64,000 nucleotides of DNA from Ignavibacteriota bacterium (GTDB taxonomy: Bacteria > Bacteroidota > Ignavibacteria > UBA10030), in the NCBI GenBank assembly GCA_963701295.1, contig OY969585.1, positions 832,001-896,000 of the forward strand, read 5' to 3'. Shown piece after piece: positions 30,030-40,707 of this stretch; within the stretch, counting starts at the first letter, position 1; each line of letters begins with the position of its first letter. Both the position numbers and the translations under genes were made by a program. The notes beneath the pieces were generated by a model, which worked only from the letters and a program-made list of their open reading frames with translations, had not been told where the DNA came from and made no database searches.

Positions 30030-30090
30030 TGACCTGGAGACCTTTCATTAACTTATCTGCACTTGTTCAATTCTAAGAACAATCCATTTA

Positions 30091-32667
30091 TTAATATGCA
30101 ACGCCTCTATTATTGCTTTGTTTGGTGATCTTAATATCTTGTAATTGTGGTGCTTTTACTTTCAATTCAAATCTATATCCTTCAAGAGGTCCCATCGGGA
30201 ACCATGAAAAGTTCATCTGCCAGCAGTGGAGATCCCGCGTAACGCTGACGGACGGAATGAAGTGTTGTTTACTAACAAAGTCATATTGACCACTGGTAGA
30301 GATCTGCCACTTTTCCGTAAGATTGAAAGAAAGGCTTGCATTCATAGTAGATTGACGAGAATAACTTTGTGGAGTTGGCTGCGATTGGGAGAAGTTAAAA
30401 CTCACGCTGATGTTCCAAGGAATACTGAAGTCTGCATCTTCACGGTCATAAATTGAATAATTAATTTTTTTCTGACCTAAAGAAGTCGCCGTTTGCCCTG
30501 AAGCTCTTTCCTGCTCTTGTATGGTACTATCAGGGATACCTGCGTTGCTCGGCTTCTGTTTCTTCTCGCCTTTGAATGATGTGGATAAACTGAGCGAGAA
30601 CGATGTCAAATCACCAAACTTGCCCACTTCCTTCAGCAAGAACTTGTTGACACGCGCGCCTTTTGTACCATTGGCAGTAACAGCATTTGGATCAAAAGCA
30701 TAAAGATTGTAAACCGCATTTCCTGAAATACCAAGATACTGTCCGATGTCTGTACGAAAGTTAATATTCACAGGACTAAAGTTCAACGAGTCGGCAACAA
30801 AGTTATAGTTTGTACTTGCGCCGATATTGATTAACTGGATTTTGTTTTCTGTTTTCGCGCTGTCATTTTTTTGTATTTTCATCTCAAAATTATTTCCAAC
30901 ATTAAATGATCCCGTCATCGAATACTTCTGCATATTGTCGCCATAAATCTGCTTATTGTAAAAAAGTCCGAATTGAGGTGTAACAGTATGACGAATTGCT
31001 GTTATACCGAACATGTCAGGTTGAAACATTCCAAAAAACTTAGTGCTGACATTTACGCCAGTGTTCACAGTTCCTATTATAGTTTTCGTTCGGGAAGTGC
31101 TGTCAGCGAGCAGACTATCTGTGATATTGCGAATCGGCGTTTCATTTTGTGCCCATGTCCGCGCATCATTGAAAGAAAGCGATGGTGATACATTGAAATA
31201 TCCGAGCTTGGGGGGGGAAATCGAGAAAGTAAGTCCTTGTGAGAGCGATTGTGTCTTGGTGTTGAGAAAATCATTGATGGTTGTAAGATTTTGCTCAGAT
31301 GGTGATGATTTAGCTGAATCTACTACCGTAGGAACTTTTGACTGGCTATTGCTTGCATTCGCATTATAGCTAAAACCCAGCATATCAGTAAAGCTCTGAT
31401 CCGATCCTGCGGTTGAGGTAAGTCCTCTCGTCTTAATCGTTTTACGAAAAGGATAAAGAGTAGTTTGCGTAAATGAAATAGATGGCAGCAATTCGTCTAT
31501 TTCACCGGTATCAAGATGTTGTTCACGATGGGCATTGATGGTCAATGACGAGTTTGATGACTCCCAGCTTTTCCAATACGTAGCATCTGAATAGACAATT
31601 TGCTGGAGAATATCGGTCAAGTTGGTACTAAAGTCTTTGAAGTAATTGGCACTTGTAAATGTAAAATCGACATCCAGATGCGAAGATGGGCTGATTTGTT
31701 GGCCATGGGTAATGTGTACATTGTATTCCCGTGATTTATTATAATTGGGATCACTCGGATCTCCTATTGGAGTGCTTGTAATCCGAGCCGTGATGCTGCC
31801 TCCAAAGTTATAGCGCAGTGCGTAGCGAATGTTTGTTTGATCCTGCCATCGTCCGCGTGAATAGATATCGAACATTGTCGCTATATCCCAATAATCGCTT
31901 ACTGCCCAATAATATCCAATATGGCTCAGGTACCATCCATACGTGGCATCTTCACCATAGGCAGGAGTGATAATACCGGACGAACGTCCGGCATGGGCAG
32001 GAAAGACACCGAACGGCAGCGCAAAAATCGGTACACCGGCAACGAAAAAAAGCACTGGCTCTGCCACTACCTGGTCGCGCACAAATACTTTCATTTTTGG
32101 ACTTTCGAAATAGAAATGCGGATCCTTGGCATCACACGTAGTATACGTGCCATCAGCAATGCAGAGGACACTGGGTTCTACTTTCTTGATCTGCGTACCG
32201 ACATAGTAGCCATTGTCCATCTGCGTGGTGCCGATCGTAATCTTTCCTTTCCGTGTCCGAAAATTGTACCTCACTTGATCGCCGTGATATTCATCGCCGC
32301 CATCGCGCATTATAGGTTTGCCAATGACGGAATCCGCTTTTACCGTATCTGCTACGCCGTATGCAACAAGTGTTGCATCATCCCAATTTACATTCGCCCG
32401 CTCAGATTTCAGACTGATGGTTTGGTACTGCATTTCACTTTTGCCATAGAGATTCATGTACCGCGTGCGGAGGGAATAGATAATGGAATCCTTCGCAGTA
32501 TAATTTACAAGCGTATCGATGCTTGCGTTTTTCGTACGCTTCGTTGTATCATTTTGAGAGACCGGTACTTTCATGGTATCCGCTTTCACCGGTTGCGCAT
32601 TTCCGATGCCGATAACGAAAGTAGAAACAAGGATGCAAGATAGAAGAAACCGTGTCATCGTGAACAC
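30091..32667 (-). CDS. lptD: LPS assembly protein LptD (Bacteroidota-type)
   Basis: Signal peptide, YTTCD..PHF, LPFGVFP...SGII.P.YG, beta-barrel body, RDLHCWQMNFSW. ATG at 32658 is an alternative start. Confidence 0.85.
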   Translation of the reverse strand: MFTMTRFLLSCILVSTFVIGIGNAQPVKADTMKVPVSQNDTTKRTKNASIDTLVNYTAKDSIIYSLRTRYMNLYGKSEMQYQTISLKSERANVNWDDATLVAYGVADTVKADSVIGKPIMRDGGDEYHGDQVRYNFRTRKGKITIGTTQMDNGYYVGTQIKKVEPSVLCIADGTYTTCDAKDPHFYFESPKMKVFVRDQVVAEPVLFFVAGVPIFALPFGVFPAHAGRSSGIITPAYGEDATYGWYLSHIGYYWAVSDYWDIATMFDIYSRGRWQDQTNIRYALRYNFGGSITARITSTPIGDPSDPNYNKSREYNVHITHGQQISPSSHLDVDFTFTSANYFKDFSTNLTDILQQIVYSDATYWKSWESSNSSLTINAHREQHLDTGEIDELLPSISFTQTTLYPFRKTIKTRGLTSTAGSDQSFTDMLGFSYNANASNSQSKVPTVVDSAKSSPSEQNLTTINDFLNTKTQSLSQGLTFSISPPKLGYFNVSPSLSFNDARTWAQNETPIRNITDSLLADSTSRTKTIIGTVNTGVNVSTKFFGMFQPDMFGITAIRHTVTPQFGLFYNKQIYGDNMQKYSMTGSFNVGNNFEMKIQKNDSAKTENKIQLINIGASTNYNFVADSLNFSPVNINFRTDIGQYLGISGNAVYNLYAFDPNAVTANGTKGARVNKFLLKEVGKFGDLTSFSLSLSTSFKGEKKQKPSNAGIPDSTIQEQERASGQTATSLGQKKINYSIYDREDADFSIPWNISVSFNFSQSQPTPQSYSRQSTMNASLSFNLTEKWQISTSGQYDFVSKQHFIPSVSVTRDLHCWQMNFSWFPMGPLEGYRFELKVKAPQLQDIKITKQSNNRGVAY

Positions 32668-32725
32668 AAGATAAATAAATATCGAGAGAAGTGCATCGAA
32701 CGATGGACCGTTGAGAAAAGGTCTA

Positions 32726-33265
32726 TCACCACATCCCTAATTGTGCACACATGAGTGCACCGAAGAGATACTTTTCGTAATTCAGGTTTGCATAGGTATA
32801 GAGACCAATTCCTGCAAACCGTGTCGGACGCCAAAACCATTGCGCTTCCAGCGGCAGACCAACGCTTGTATGAGTAGATATTGACGCAGGTGTTTCATAC
32901 GCAGCACGCACCAATCCAATACCAGCACTGATGGAAATATAGGCTTGTTCTGTCTGCCACAGAGGTCCATACAAAACACCGTAATCGGAAAATTTGTAGA
33001 TCACCTGTGTTTGATCAATCTCTTGAACGGTGGGATTTTTATTCGTCACACCGATTATCCGCGCACTTATCAAGCTGTGCTCAAACTGATAACAGTACAC
33101 CATACCGGCATTCATTGAAAATGTACTGCCGACCAGCGAAGGGCCTGCTCCAAGATTTACCCACCAGGGATGATTTTGATTCTCGATTTGAGACTTGAGG
33201 TACGAGACAGGAGAGACAAGAATGAGAAATCCTGCCATCCATTTCAGACATCGTGACAGCTTCAT
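32726..33265 (-). CDS. Hypothetical exported protein, possible small beta-barrel
   Basis: Signal peptide, alternating beta-strand pattern, C-terminal aromatic residue. Confidence 0.6.
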   Translation of the reverse strand: MKLSRCLKWMAGFLILVSPVSYLKSQIENQNHPWWVNLGAGPSLVGSTFSMNAGMVYCYQFEHSLISARIIGVTNKNPTVQEIDQTQVIYKFSDYGVLYGPLWQTEQAYISISAGIGLVRAAYETPASISTHTSVGLPLEAQWFWRPTRFAGIGLYTYANLNYEKYLFGALMCAQLGMW

Positions 33266-33277
33266 ACAATTCCTTTC

Positions 33278-35434
33278 TTACAGCATTCCATTCCGTTTCC
33301 GAAGAAACCACTCCAGCGCAAATACAAAGATGACGAGTGCAAGCATCCAGCGAGAATTCCAGATTTCGATTTCCGCCGATTTACTGACTTCCCGTGGTCT
33401 GAAATTAGGTAAACTTGTAACATCGTGCAGAAGTGAACTAAATTCATTGCTTTCGTAGTATCGCCCTCCTGTTTGCGCAGCGATCTGTTGTAACAGCGGC
33501 TTATTCATTCGCGTCTCAAGGTACTCCGCATTAAAACCGCCTACAGAGAATGTACCTTGATCCTCTCCGATGCGTGTGCCATTTACTTTCACCGTTGCCG
33601 CAAATTTATATTCTCCCTCCGACAACCGATCATACACACCTTGATATTGACCGCTGCCGAGTGGGTTCAGTACCAGCGGACTCAAATCGTTTCTATGTTG
33701 TACGCTCACTTCGATCTGAGCATCATCCAACGGCTGAAAACTGTCGTCATATACTTGGGCAGTAAATTCCACGGCATCTTGTGATGCAAAAATATGTTTA
33801 GAAGGCTGAACAACAATTCGCCGTGCATCTTCTTGTGTTGTCAACCACCGAATGGCATTACCGAGAAAGCTCTCAAGTACTTTTTCCGTTCCGCTTCCAG
33901 AGCTGGAAAGCATATTCCAGCGCCACAATCCATAGCCAAGCACAGAAACGGATTTCTTCTTATTCACATTTCTTGCAACAATAAAAGGATCTTTCAGCGC
34001 CGCCGATTGGAATCGAACTGTAGCAAGAATCTCTGACTCAACTTTTGCTCGGAATATTCCCTTCGGTTGAAAGACAGGAGGTAGTTTGGACCATACCTCA
34101 AGTGAATTGGCAGCACTACTAATTTTTAAGATCGGGTTATTTCGCTGAGCTTCTGGAACATTGGCGAAGACTTGCAGTTCATTACCGTTAACACTTCCCG
34201 CACTGAACGGTAATACCGGATCGAATATATGCAGCTTGTCGAAATTCATTGTCCTGCTCAGCACAGTCAGCAAAGGCTTCTCAGCGTCCAACACCGCTTG
34301 CGTACTTTGTGAATTGCTGCGTGAGGTTGGGAAACCGATAAGGACCAAACAATCAGTTTCAGTAAATCCTTGTGCCGTCAGTTCACCTTCATAGAACCGT
34401 CCATTTTCCCGTTCGATGTAAGTTTTCAATTCAATATTTTTATCATTTGTCAACATGTTTTGGATACAAGCCACATCTTGGCTTGGTGAACCTGCAATGA
34501 GCGTCACATGCAATTTGCTTTTTAAGACTTTTGTGAAGAAACTCATGCGATTATTTTGTAGCGCAAGTTCACCGGGGAGTTGAGAAATTTCTGCCTCAAA
34601 TTTCTGCGTTCCCTCTTTCTCTGGAGTAAATGAGAGTGGAACAAGATAATCCCGTGTACCGGATTCCAACACCAACGATTTCTCGTCTAGTATTCTTGCA
34701 CTTTCAAGAAGAGACACTTGTACATGCTCTCCACCGAATCCCGTACTGTGCACTATTACATTTACAGGCACTTTAGTGCCGACATAGGTAATCTCATTTG
34801 TTAACACTTTACGAATGAGAATGTCCTTCTGCTCACTCGTATCGCCTACACCGATGGTGAACACTGGTACACCCAATTCCTCTGCTTCGTACAACGGATT
34901 CATTCCGACGGTTGAGTTGCCATCCGTGATGAGTACGACAGCTTGAAGATTGGAAGAAACAGAAGTTCGTTTGATCGACTTTAACGCTTCGGCAATGTCG
35001 GTCACCTCACCGTGCAGTGTTAATGAATCTTCAGCAATCACGCTTAGGTTTTGAACTTTTCCGTTGAAAAGCGAATAATCAACTATTCCGTCTTTACCTA
35101 TCTGCTGCCATACCGCAGAACGAAGGATCGATTTGAGCATCTCATCTCTTCGTCCAGCCTTATCTTCAATTGACATGCTCTGGGAATTATCCACCAACAC
35201 CGCAACAATGGGCCGATCAACTGAGTGCGTAATGAGTGAGAGGAGCGGTTCACCAATAAGTAAAAACAGAAAAAATAATCCTAAACTGCGGAGAGAAATG
35301 AGAACGATCCGTTTTGCCGAAGAAACAGGTGGCAAAGTGACATGATAGACAGCAATTGCTATTGCACTGGAACACATACCAGTGAGTACAAGGAGAACAA
35401 CATGGAATGAAAGAGAGAAGTGCAGCTCTGGCAT
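33278..35434 (-). CDS. Membrane vWA-domain protein (MoxR partner type)
   Basis: Two N-terminal TMs, LVDNSQSM MIDAS, LITDG, VFTIGVG, C-terminal LEWFLRKRNGML. Confidence 0.85.
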   Translation of the reverse strand: MPELHFSLSFHVVLLVLTGMCSSAIAIAVYHVTLPPVSSAKRIVLISLRSLGLFFLFLLIGEPLLSLITHSVDRPIVAVLVDNSQSMSIEDKAGRRDEMLKSILRSAVWQQIGKDGIVDYSLFNGKVQNLSVIAEDSLTLHGEVTDIAEALKSIKRTSVSSNLQAVVLITDGNSTVGMNPLYEAEELGVPVFTIGVGDTSEQKDILIRKVLTNEITYVGTKVPVNVIVHSTGFGGEHVQVSLLESARILDEKSLVLESGTRDYLVPLSFTPEKEGTQKFEAEISQLPGELALQNNRMSFFTKVLKSKLHVTLIAGSPSQDVACIQNMLTNDKNIELKTYIERENGRFYEGELTAQGFTETDCLVLIGFPTSRSNSQSTQAVLDAEKPLLTVLSRTMNFDKLHIFDPVLPFSAGSVNGNELQVFANVPEAQRNNPILKISSAANSLEVWSKLPPVFQPKGIFRAKVESEILATVRFQSAALKDPFIVARNVNKKKSVSVLGYGLWRWNMLSSSGSGTEKVLESFLGNAIRWLTTQEDARRIVVQPSKHIFASQDAVEFTAQVYDDSFQPLDDAQIEVSVQHRNDLSPLVLNPLGSGQYQGVYDRLSEGEYKFAATVKVNGTRIGEDQGTFSVGGFNAEYLETRMNKPLLQQIAAQTGGRYYESNEFSSLLHDVTSLPNFRPREVSKSAEIEIWNSRWMLALVIFVFALEWFLRKRNGML

Positions 35435-35443
35435 CGGTGACGT

Positions 35444-37498
35444 CTACTTGAGAAATACCATTTTTTTAGCAATCACAGTGTCGTTCGTTTTTAGTCGATA
35501 GAAATAGACACCTGATGCGACCTGAACACCTTTGGCATTTGTTCCATCCCATAAAAACGAGTTACGACCTAATTGTGTATCACCACAAAAAATAGTTGTA
35601 ATATGCTGACCAAGAATATTCAGTACCGACAATTCTACATGTTCTGTTTTGGGAGCATCAAAGAAGATTGTTGTACTATTATTAAATGGGTTTGGATAAT
35701 TATTATATAGAACATACGATGTCGGTACTTGATTGACACTAATTGAATAAAGACTTTCCGGTGCATTAAAGGGGAAACGGCTGACGTATCCTGACTGTTC
35801 TCGAGCATAAAAATATCCGTAGACTAAGCTTTCTGTTCCGCTTGGGATGGATACAGTATACTCATTTGCATGACTGGTGGAACTCAACTGTTTGCGAAAG
35901 AATGATCCCGACTGTCCATAACGGTAATAAAACAACAGACTATCAACGACTAACCCTGATGATGCAACGATATTTGTAGTGATCGAAAAGAATGAATTTA
36001 TCCGCATAGCGCTGGGAGTATTACTGAATACAGGTCCATAAAATAACGCAGCAGCAAGTGCATCGACAAATCCGTACCCATAATAATTGTTTGGATATGT
36101 CGCAGTCTGACTTGTCCCTGTAGTAATGTGAACAGCCGTCTGGATCAGCGCCTCACGAACTTGCATTGGTGTTAATTCAGGATGCGTGGAGAGAACAAGT
36201 GCTGCTGCACCAGCAACAAGTGGAGTTGAGCATGATGTGCCACTTGCAGACTCGTATCCTGATGTTGCTGAACCATCTGCCCAATATACCGCCATTCCCT
36301 GTGCTACAACTTCCGGTTTAATACGGCCGTCAGAAGTGGGACCGGTACTGCTGAATGTAACAAGTTCTTCATCTGATGATGTTGCACCGACAGCAATAAT
36401 ACTATCGGCATCGGCAGGAGAATTGATAGTTGTATCCGCATACAGGAATTCATTACCTGATTTCGTGGCATATCCATCGTTCCCCATTGCTGTTACAAGA
36501 AGGACGCCTTTTCGAGCCGCAATTGAAGCGGCCTGCGCGACCTTTGTCGTTCTTCCATTCATATCAGAGGTTGTATAGTACGGCGACGACCAAAATTCTT
36601 TATAACCGAGCGAGGATGATGTAATATCAGCGCCAAGTCGTTCTGCCCATTCAAGACCGGCAACATATGTATCTTCTTCACTATGGAAATCGATGTTGTC
36701 GCCGCTGCTATCCATTTCGGTCTTGGCAAGAAGAAATGAAGCGCCATACGCCGCACCAATGAGTTGACCAGGATAAAATCCACCGACGGCAGAAAGTGTG
36801 CCTGCGCCATGTTCGCCTTGAATAGGATCTTCCCATGGCTGGTGATTTACATCATTGATATTGTGAATGAAGTCATATGTTGAGATCACTTTGATATTTT
36901 TTAGTGCATCATGTATACGATAATTATTAAATCCATCATCTATCATACCGATAAGAACACCTGTACCATTCACGCCAACCGCATGAAGATCAACCACTTT
37001 TATATTCGTCAACTGTGTTGCCGATGGCCCATAGTCTAGACCTTGAGAACCTGATGCTTTCTTAAACGGCGATGGAGGTTGTATATTTGAAGATGGTACC
37101 GGTCTTGGGCGTTTCATCACTGCCACTTGTTCCGTGGTAGCCACTGGAAGCAATTTATTTACTGCTTGAATTTGTTGTTGCGTCCCTTCCACCGAAACAG
37201 CATTAAGCCATCGTGATATAGTCCGTATCCTGACTCCTGTTTGTTTAATTTGAGCAATAACAGCATCCGAAATAGGAAGGTCAAGTTGGTCAATGAGACG
37301 ATCTGGAGGAAGCACTTTCGTACGGCGTTTGAGTGCACGTTCTGAGATACCAAGCAAGGCAGGATTGGTTGATTGAAATGTTGTTGTACCTTTATCGCGG
37401 AAAAACACCCACACGTGCTGGAGAGAAGAAGACTGCGCGCTCGCAACCTCCGACAGCAATATCATCACACAGAGTAGTGTCTGCGTTTGCTTTTTCAT
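35444..37498 (-). CDS. Secreted S8 subtilisin-like protease with C-terminal sorting domain
   Basis: MIDDGF (Asp), HGAGT (His), SGTSCSTP (Ser); NYPNPFN...VASGVYFY tail. Confidence 0.92.
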   Translation of the reverse strand: MKKQTQTLLCVMILLSEVASAQSSSLQHVWVFFRDKGTTTFQSTNPALLGISERALKRRTKVLPPDRLIDQLDLPISDAVIAQIKQTGVRIRTISRWLNAVSVEGTQQQIQAVNKLLPVATTEQVAVMKRPRPVPSSNIQPPSPFKKASGSQGLDYGPSATQLTNIKVVDLHAVGVNGTGVLIGMIDDGFNNYRIHDALKNIKVISTYDFIHNINDVNHQPWEDPIQGEHGAGTLSAVGGFYPGQLIGAAYGASFLLAKTEMDSSGDNIDFHSEEDTYVAGLEWAERLGADITSSSLGYKEFWSSPYYTTSDMNGRTTKVAQAASIAARKGVLLVTAMGNDGYATKSGNEFLYADTTINSPADADSIIAVGATSSDEELVTFSSTGPTSDGRIKPEVVAQGMAVYWADGSATSGYESASGTSCSTPLVAGAAALVLSTHPELTPMQVREALIQTAVHITTGTSQTATYPNNYYGYGFVDALAAALFYGPVFSNTPSAMRINSFFSITTNIVASSGLVVDSLLFYYRYGQSGSFFRKQLSSTSHANEYTVSIPSGTESLVYGYFYAREQSGYVSRFPFNAPESLYSISVNQVPTSYVLYNNYPNPFNNSTTIFFDAPKTEHVELSVLNILGQHITTIFCGDTQLGRNSFLWDGTNAKGVQVASGVYFYRLKTNDTVIAKKMVFLK

Positions 37499-37534
37499 CT
37501 ATGTCTTCTTGGAGCTTCGCAATCACAATGCTGG

Positions 37535-38575
37535 TTATGACTTCACATCGTGAACTAATTTTTCAACAATCTGAATAGCTGAAACACCTTCTGCCTCTGC
37601 ATTGAAGCTTGTCACAAGACGGTGACGCAACACTGGTCCGGCTATTGCTTTCACATCGTCGATATCCGGAGTAAAGCGCCCGCGGAGAATTGCGCGGGCT
37701 TTTGCGCCAAGAATGAGATACTGTGATGCCCGCGGACCCGCTCCCCACCGAATCCAATTCTTGATATAGACTGGTGCATCTGATGATGATGGACGTGTCG
37801 AATCTGCCAGCCGTACAGAATATTCGATGACATTATCTGCCACAGGCACACCGCGCACAAGATTTTGAAATTCAACAATATCATGAGCAGAAAGAATGTG
37901 TTTGACCGATGCATCATATTTGCTCGTAGTGGATTTGACAATTTGAACTTCTTCCGCAAACGACGGATAGTCGAGCCAAAGATTCAGCATGAAACGATCA
38001 AGCTGTGCTTCGGGTAATGGATACGTTCCTTCCTGTTCAATAGGATTTTGCGTGGCAAGAACGAAGAATGGTTCATCGAGCAAATAGGTTTCGCCGGCAA
38101 CTGTCACGTGATGTTCCTGCATTGCTTCTAACAATGCCGCTTGCGTTTTCGGCGGCGTTCGATTGATTTCATCGGCAAGAATCATGTTGGCAAATACCGG
38201 ACCGCGCACGAACTTGAATGCCTTTGCTCTGGTAGATACATTCTCTTCGATAATTTCTGTTCCGGTAATATCGCTCGGCATCAAATCTGGAGTAAATTGG
38301 ATACGGCTGAATTTTAAATCCAATGCTTGCGCCAGTGTTTTAATCAAAAGCGTCTTTGCTAATCCCGGCACACCAATAAGCAGACAATGTCCGCGCGAGA
38401 GCAGCGTAATACAGAGATGTTCAATAACAATATCCTGTCCTACGATCACGTGAGCGATTTCTGATCGCAGATCTTTATATGCTTGTGCGAGTTGGTTTAC
38501 AAATTCGACATCGCCTAATGGTTTTGTGCTTTTCGCCACATGCGTACCTATGATAAGTGTTGTGTACACCGCCAA
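37535..38575 (-). CDS. moxR: MoxR-family AAA+ ATPase
   Basis: GVPGLAKT, RIQFTPDLMPSD, DEINRTPPKTQAALLEAM, NPIEQEGTYPLPEAQLDRF. Start may be GTG at 38539. Confidence 0.93.
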   Translation of the reverse strand: MAVYTTLIIGTHVAKSTKPLGDVEFVNQLAQAYKDLRSEIAHVIVGQDIVIEHLCITLLSRGHCLLIGVPGLAKTLLIKTLAQALDLKFSRIQFTPDLMPSDITGTEIIEENVSTRAKAFKFVRGPVFANMILADEINRTPPKTQAALLEAMQEHHVTVAGETYLLDEPFFVLATQNPIEQEGTYPLPEAQLDRFMLNLWLDYPSFAEEVQIVKSTTSKYDASVKHILSAHDIVEFQNLVRGVPVADNVIEYSVRLADSTRPSSSDAPVYIKNWIRWGAGPRASQYLILGAKARAILRGRFTPDIDDVKAIAGPVLRHRLVTSFNAEAEGVSAIQIVEKLVHDVKS

Positions 38576-39850
38576 TCAAAGGCGGATATCGACGTAAATT
38601 GTCTTTTTCAGTTCATCAAGCCACTCCGCATTGAGCTTATTACGTTTCATGTAAAGTGCAAGTTGCTCAATGCGTTTATAATCATCTTGAATATTGATGG
38701 CATGTGGTAGTGTTCGTTTACGCATCCAAATAATGTGGAATCCATAAGATGCTCCGACCACGGTTCGCTGTGCCTTGCTTATTTCCCCCGCTTTCATATC
38801 CTTAATTTGTCCTGCAAAATCCGGCTGTAACTGATCCACAGTTAAATTACCTAAATCGCCGCCGACTGATTTTGTATCTTCATCTTCTGAATACTTGCTT
38901 GCAAGTTCTGCAAATGATTCACCTTTCAATACTCGTTCCCGTAGAGCCCGCAACGTATCTACGGTTGCAGAATCGCTCGCAGGTCCTTTGTCGATCTTCA
39001 TAAGAATATGCCGTGCATGTACGGATTCCCCTCGCCTGCCCATTAATTGAATGATATGAAATCCAAATTGTGTCCTGACAATTCCAGAGATGTCGCCTTC
39101 TTTCAATCCGAAGACAGTCTCTTCGAATTCTCGTACAAATACTCCGCGCTTTTCCCATCCCAAATCGCCGCCGCTGGCTGCAGATCCAGGATCTGTTGAA
39201 TACCGTTTTGCAAAATCAGCAAAATCACCGCCGGCATGAATACTGTCAAGAATCGATTGCATCAATTGACGTGTTTTTGCTTCCACCGCTGTATCGGGTT
39301 TGGGTACAATATAAATATGGCTCAACTCGAACTCTTCCGGAACCTGCGGCAAGCTATCTCTGAAAGATATAAAGAAGTCCTCCACCTCGCGCCGTGTGAC
39401 AGAGATCGAAGCTTCTCGCTGCTGGCGCACTTTCTGCACCAGAAGTTGATTCTTGATTTCCGTTCTGTATTCAAGTTTGATGCGGCTTATGGATTTACCG
39501 TACATTTGTTCTACTCGCTGCTCGGAACCAACCTGCCGGACAAAATTTGCTATTTGCTGGTTGAGCGCGTGTGTGATTTCGTCATCCGTCACTTCGACGC
39601 TGTCAATCAATGCTTGAGCAAGAACGAGCTTCTCTGAGACCAATCCATCAAGTACTTGAGTACGTAATCCTTTTTGATTCGGATCGATGCGGTTTTGCAT
39701 TGCAAGAAATGACACTCGCTCGTTCAATTCTGATTCTGTGATGATTTCCTTGTCCACAACCGCCACAATACGATCAATCAAGGTCTGAGCCGATAGTGTC
39801 AATGGAATCAGGAGGATTGCCAGCAATAAAAATTTTTGAGCGTACTTCAT
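38576..39850 (-). CDS. surA: Periplasmic chaperone/PPIase SurA
   Basis: DRIVAVVDKEIITESEL N-domain and two parvulin domains (HI..., GGDLG, FGFHII). Confidence 0.85.
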   Translation of the reverse strand: MKYAQKFLLLAILLIPLTLSAQTLIDRIVAVVDKEIITESELNERVSFLAMQNRIDPNQKGLRTQVLDGLVSEKLVLAQALIDSVEVTDDEITHALNQQIANFVRQVGSEQRVEQMYGKSISRIKLEYRTEIKNQLLVQKVRQQREASISVTRREVEDFFISFRDSLPQVPEEFELSHIYIVPKPDTAVEAKTRQLMQSILDSIHAGGDFADFAKRYSTDPGSAASGGDLGWEKRGVFVREFEETVFGLKEGDISGIVRTQFGFHIIQLMGRRGESVHARHILMKIDKGPASDSATVDTLRALRERVLKGESFAELASKYSEDEDTKSVGGDLGNLTVDQLQPDFAGQIKDMKAGEISKAQRTVVGASYGFHIIWMRKRTLPHAINIQDDYKRIEQLALYMKRNKLNAEWLDELKKTIYVDIRL

Positions 39851-39858
39851 ATTTCTTC

Positions 39859-40707
39859 CTATTCTTCGATTTTCGGCTTTCCGGAATCGGACGTCGAGTT
39901 CACGAACACTTCAATTGCATGTTTTGCACGAAGATTTTGAATGAGCTGATCAAATAATTTTCGTCGTCGCTCAACAGTCAATCTTCCGCGGATTTCCTGC
40001 TCCACCATTGGTACTTCTGCAGTCTGTCCTTGTTTGACAAATTTCCAGACAACAAGAATGTAATAACCGTTATCAGTATTAATAGGAAAGGAGAGTTCAC
40101 GGATTGCCACTTTCGTGGCAACTCGCCATAGTTCTGCCGGCATAAACGTCGCTTGCGTTTGATACGATGAATCTATACGCATCAGAATAGAAGTTTCTTG
40201 TTGAATGACAGCAGAACTCCACGGTGTTCCTTTCAAAACAAGATTGCGAAATTCCGTAGCGGCATCTCGATTCTTAAAGAGCGCATAGCTGACCAATGCG
40301 ATGTCGTGCATCAGATTGAATTCCTTGATATGTGCATCGTAGTACTGTCGGATATCCTGTAGAGAGAAGTTTGACAGTTGCTGGGAATAGACTTCTTTAT
40401 CCAGCAGAGCATTGATCGTAAGCTGGCGCCGCACATCTTCCACTTTCTGATTCATCTCATCTGAGCGATCCAACCCACGTTCTACTGCTTCGCGATAAAG
40501 CGATTCTTCCGTCAGCCACCGTTGAATGTACTGCTGAATTTGTGCTGTCGATGGCTCGTATGATGTATCGATATGTGCACGTATTTCTTCTAATGCCAAC
40601 GTTTTATTATCAAGACGGGCAATAGGCGTCTTCCCTGATTCCGTTTTGGAACAACCAGCCGCCATAACAACAAAAAGAGTCGCGAGTAGAAATTTATTGG
40701 GATTCAA
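39859..40707 (-). CDS. Lipoprotein, PPIase/SurA-like
   Basis: Lipobox AAGC; IQRW..E.LY.EA...GL and degenerate rotamase features. Confidence 0.75.
   Translation of the reverse strand: MNPNKFLLATLFVVMAAGCSKTESGKTPIARLDNKTLALEEIRAHIDTSYEPSTAQIQQYIQRWLTEESLYREAVERGLDRSDEMNQKVEDVRRQLTINALLDKEVYSQQLSNFSLQDIRQYYDAHIKEFNLMHDIALVSYALFKNRDAATEFRNLVLKGTPWSSAVIQQETSILMRIDSSYQTQATFMPAELWRVATKVAIRELSFPINTDNGYYILVVWKFVKQGQTAEVPMVEQEIRGRLTVERRRKLFDQLIQNLRAKHAIEVFVNSTSDSGKPKIEE

Noticed and set aside
31921-32643. 240-aa plus-strand ORF and the many other short ORFs antisense to or overlapping assigned genes
   Set aside because: They are shadow frames of well-supported genes and carry no recognisable motifs.
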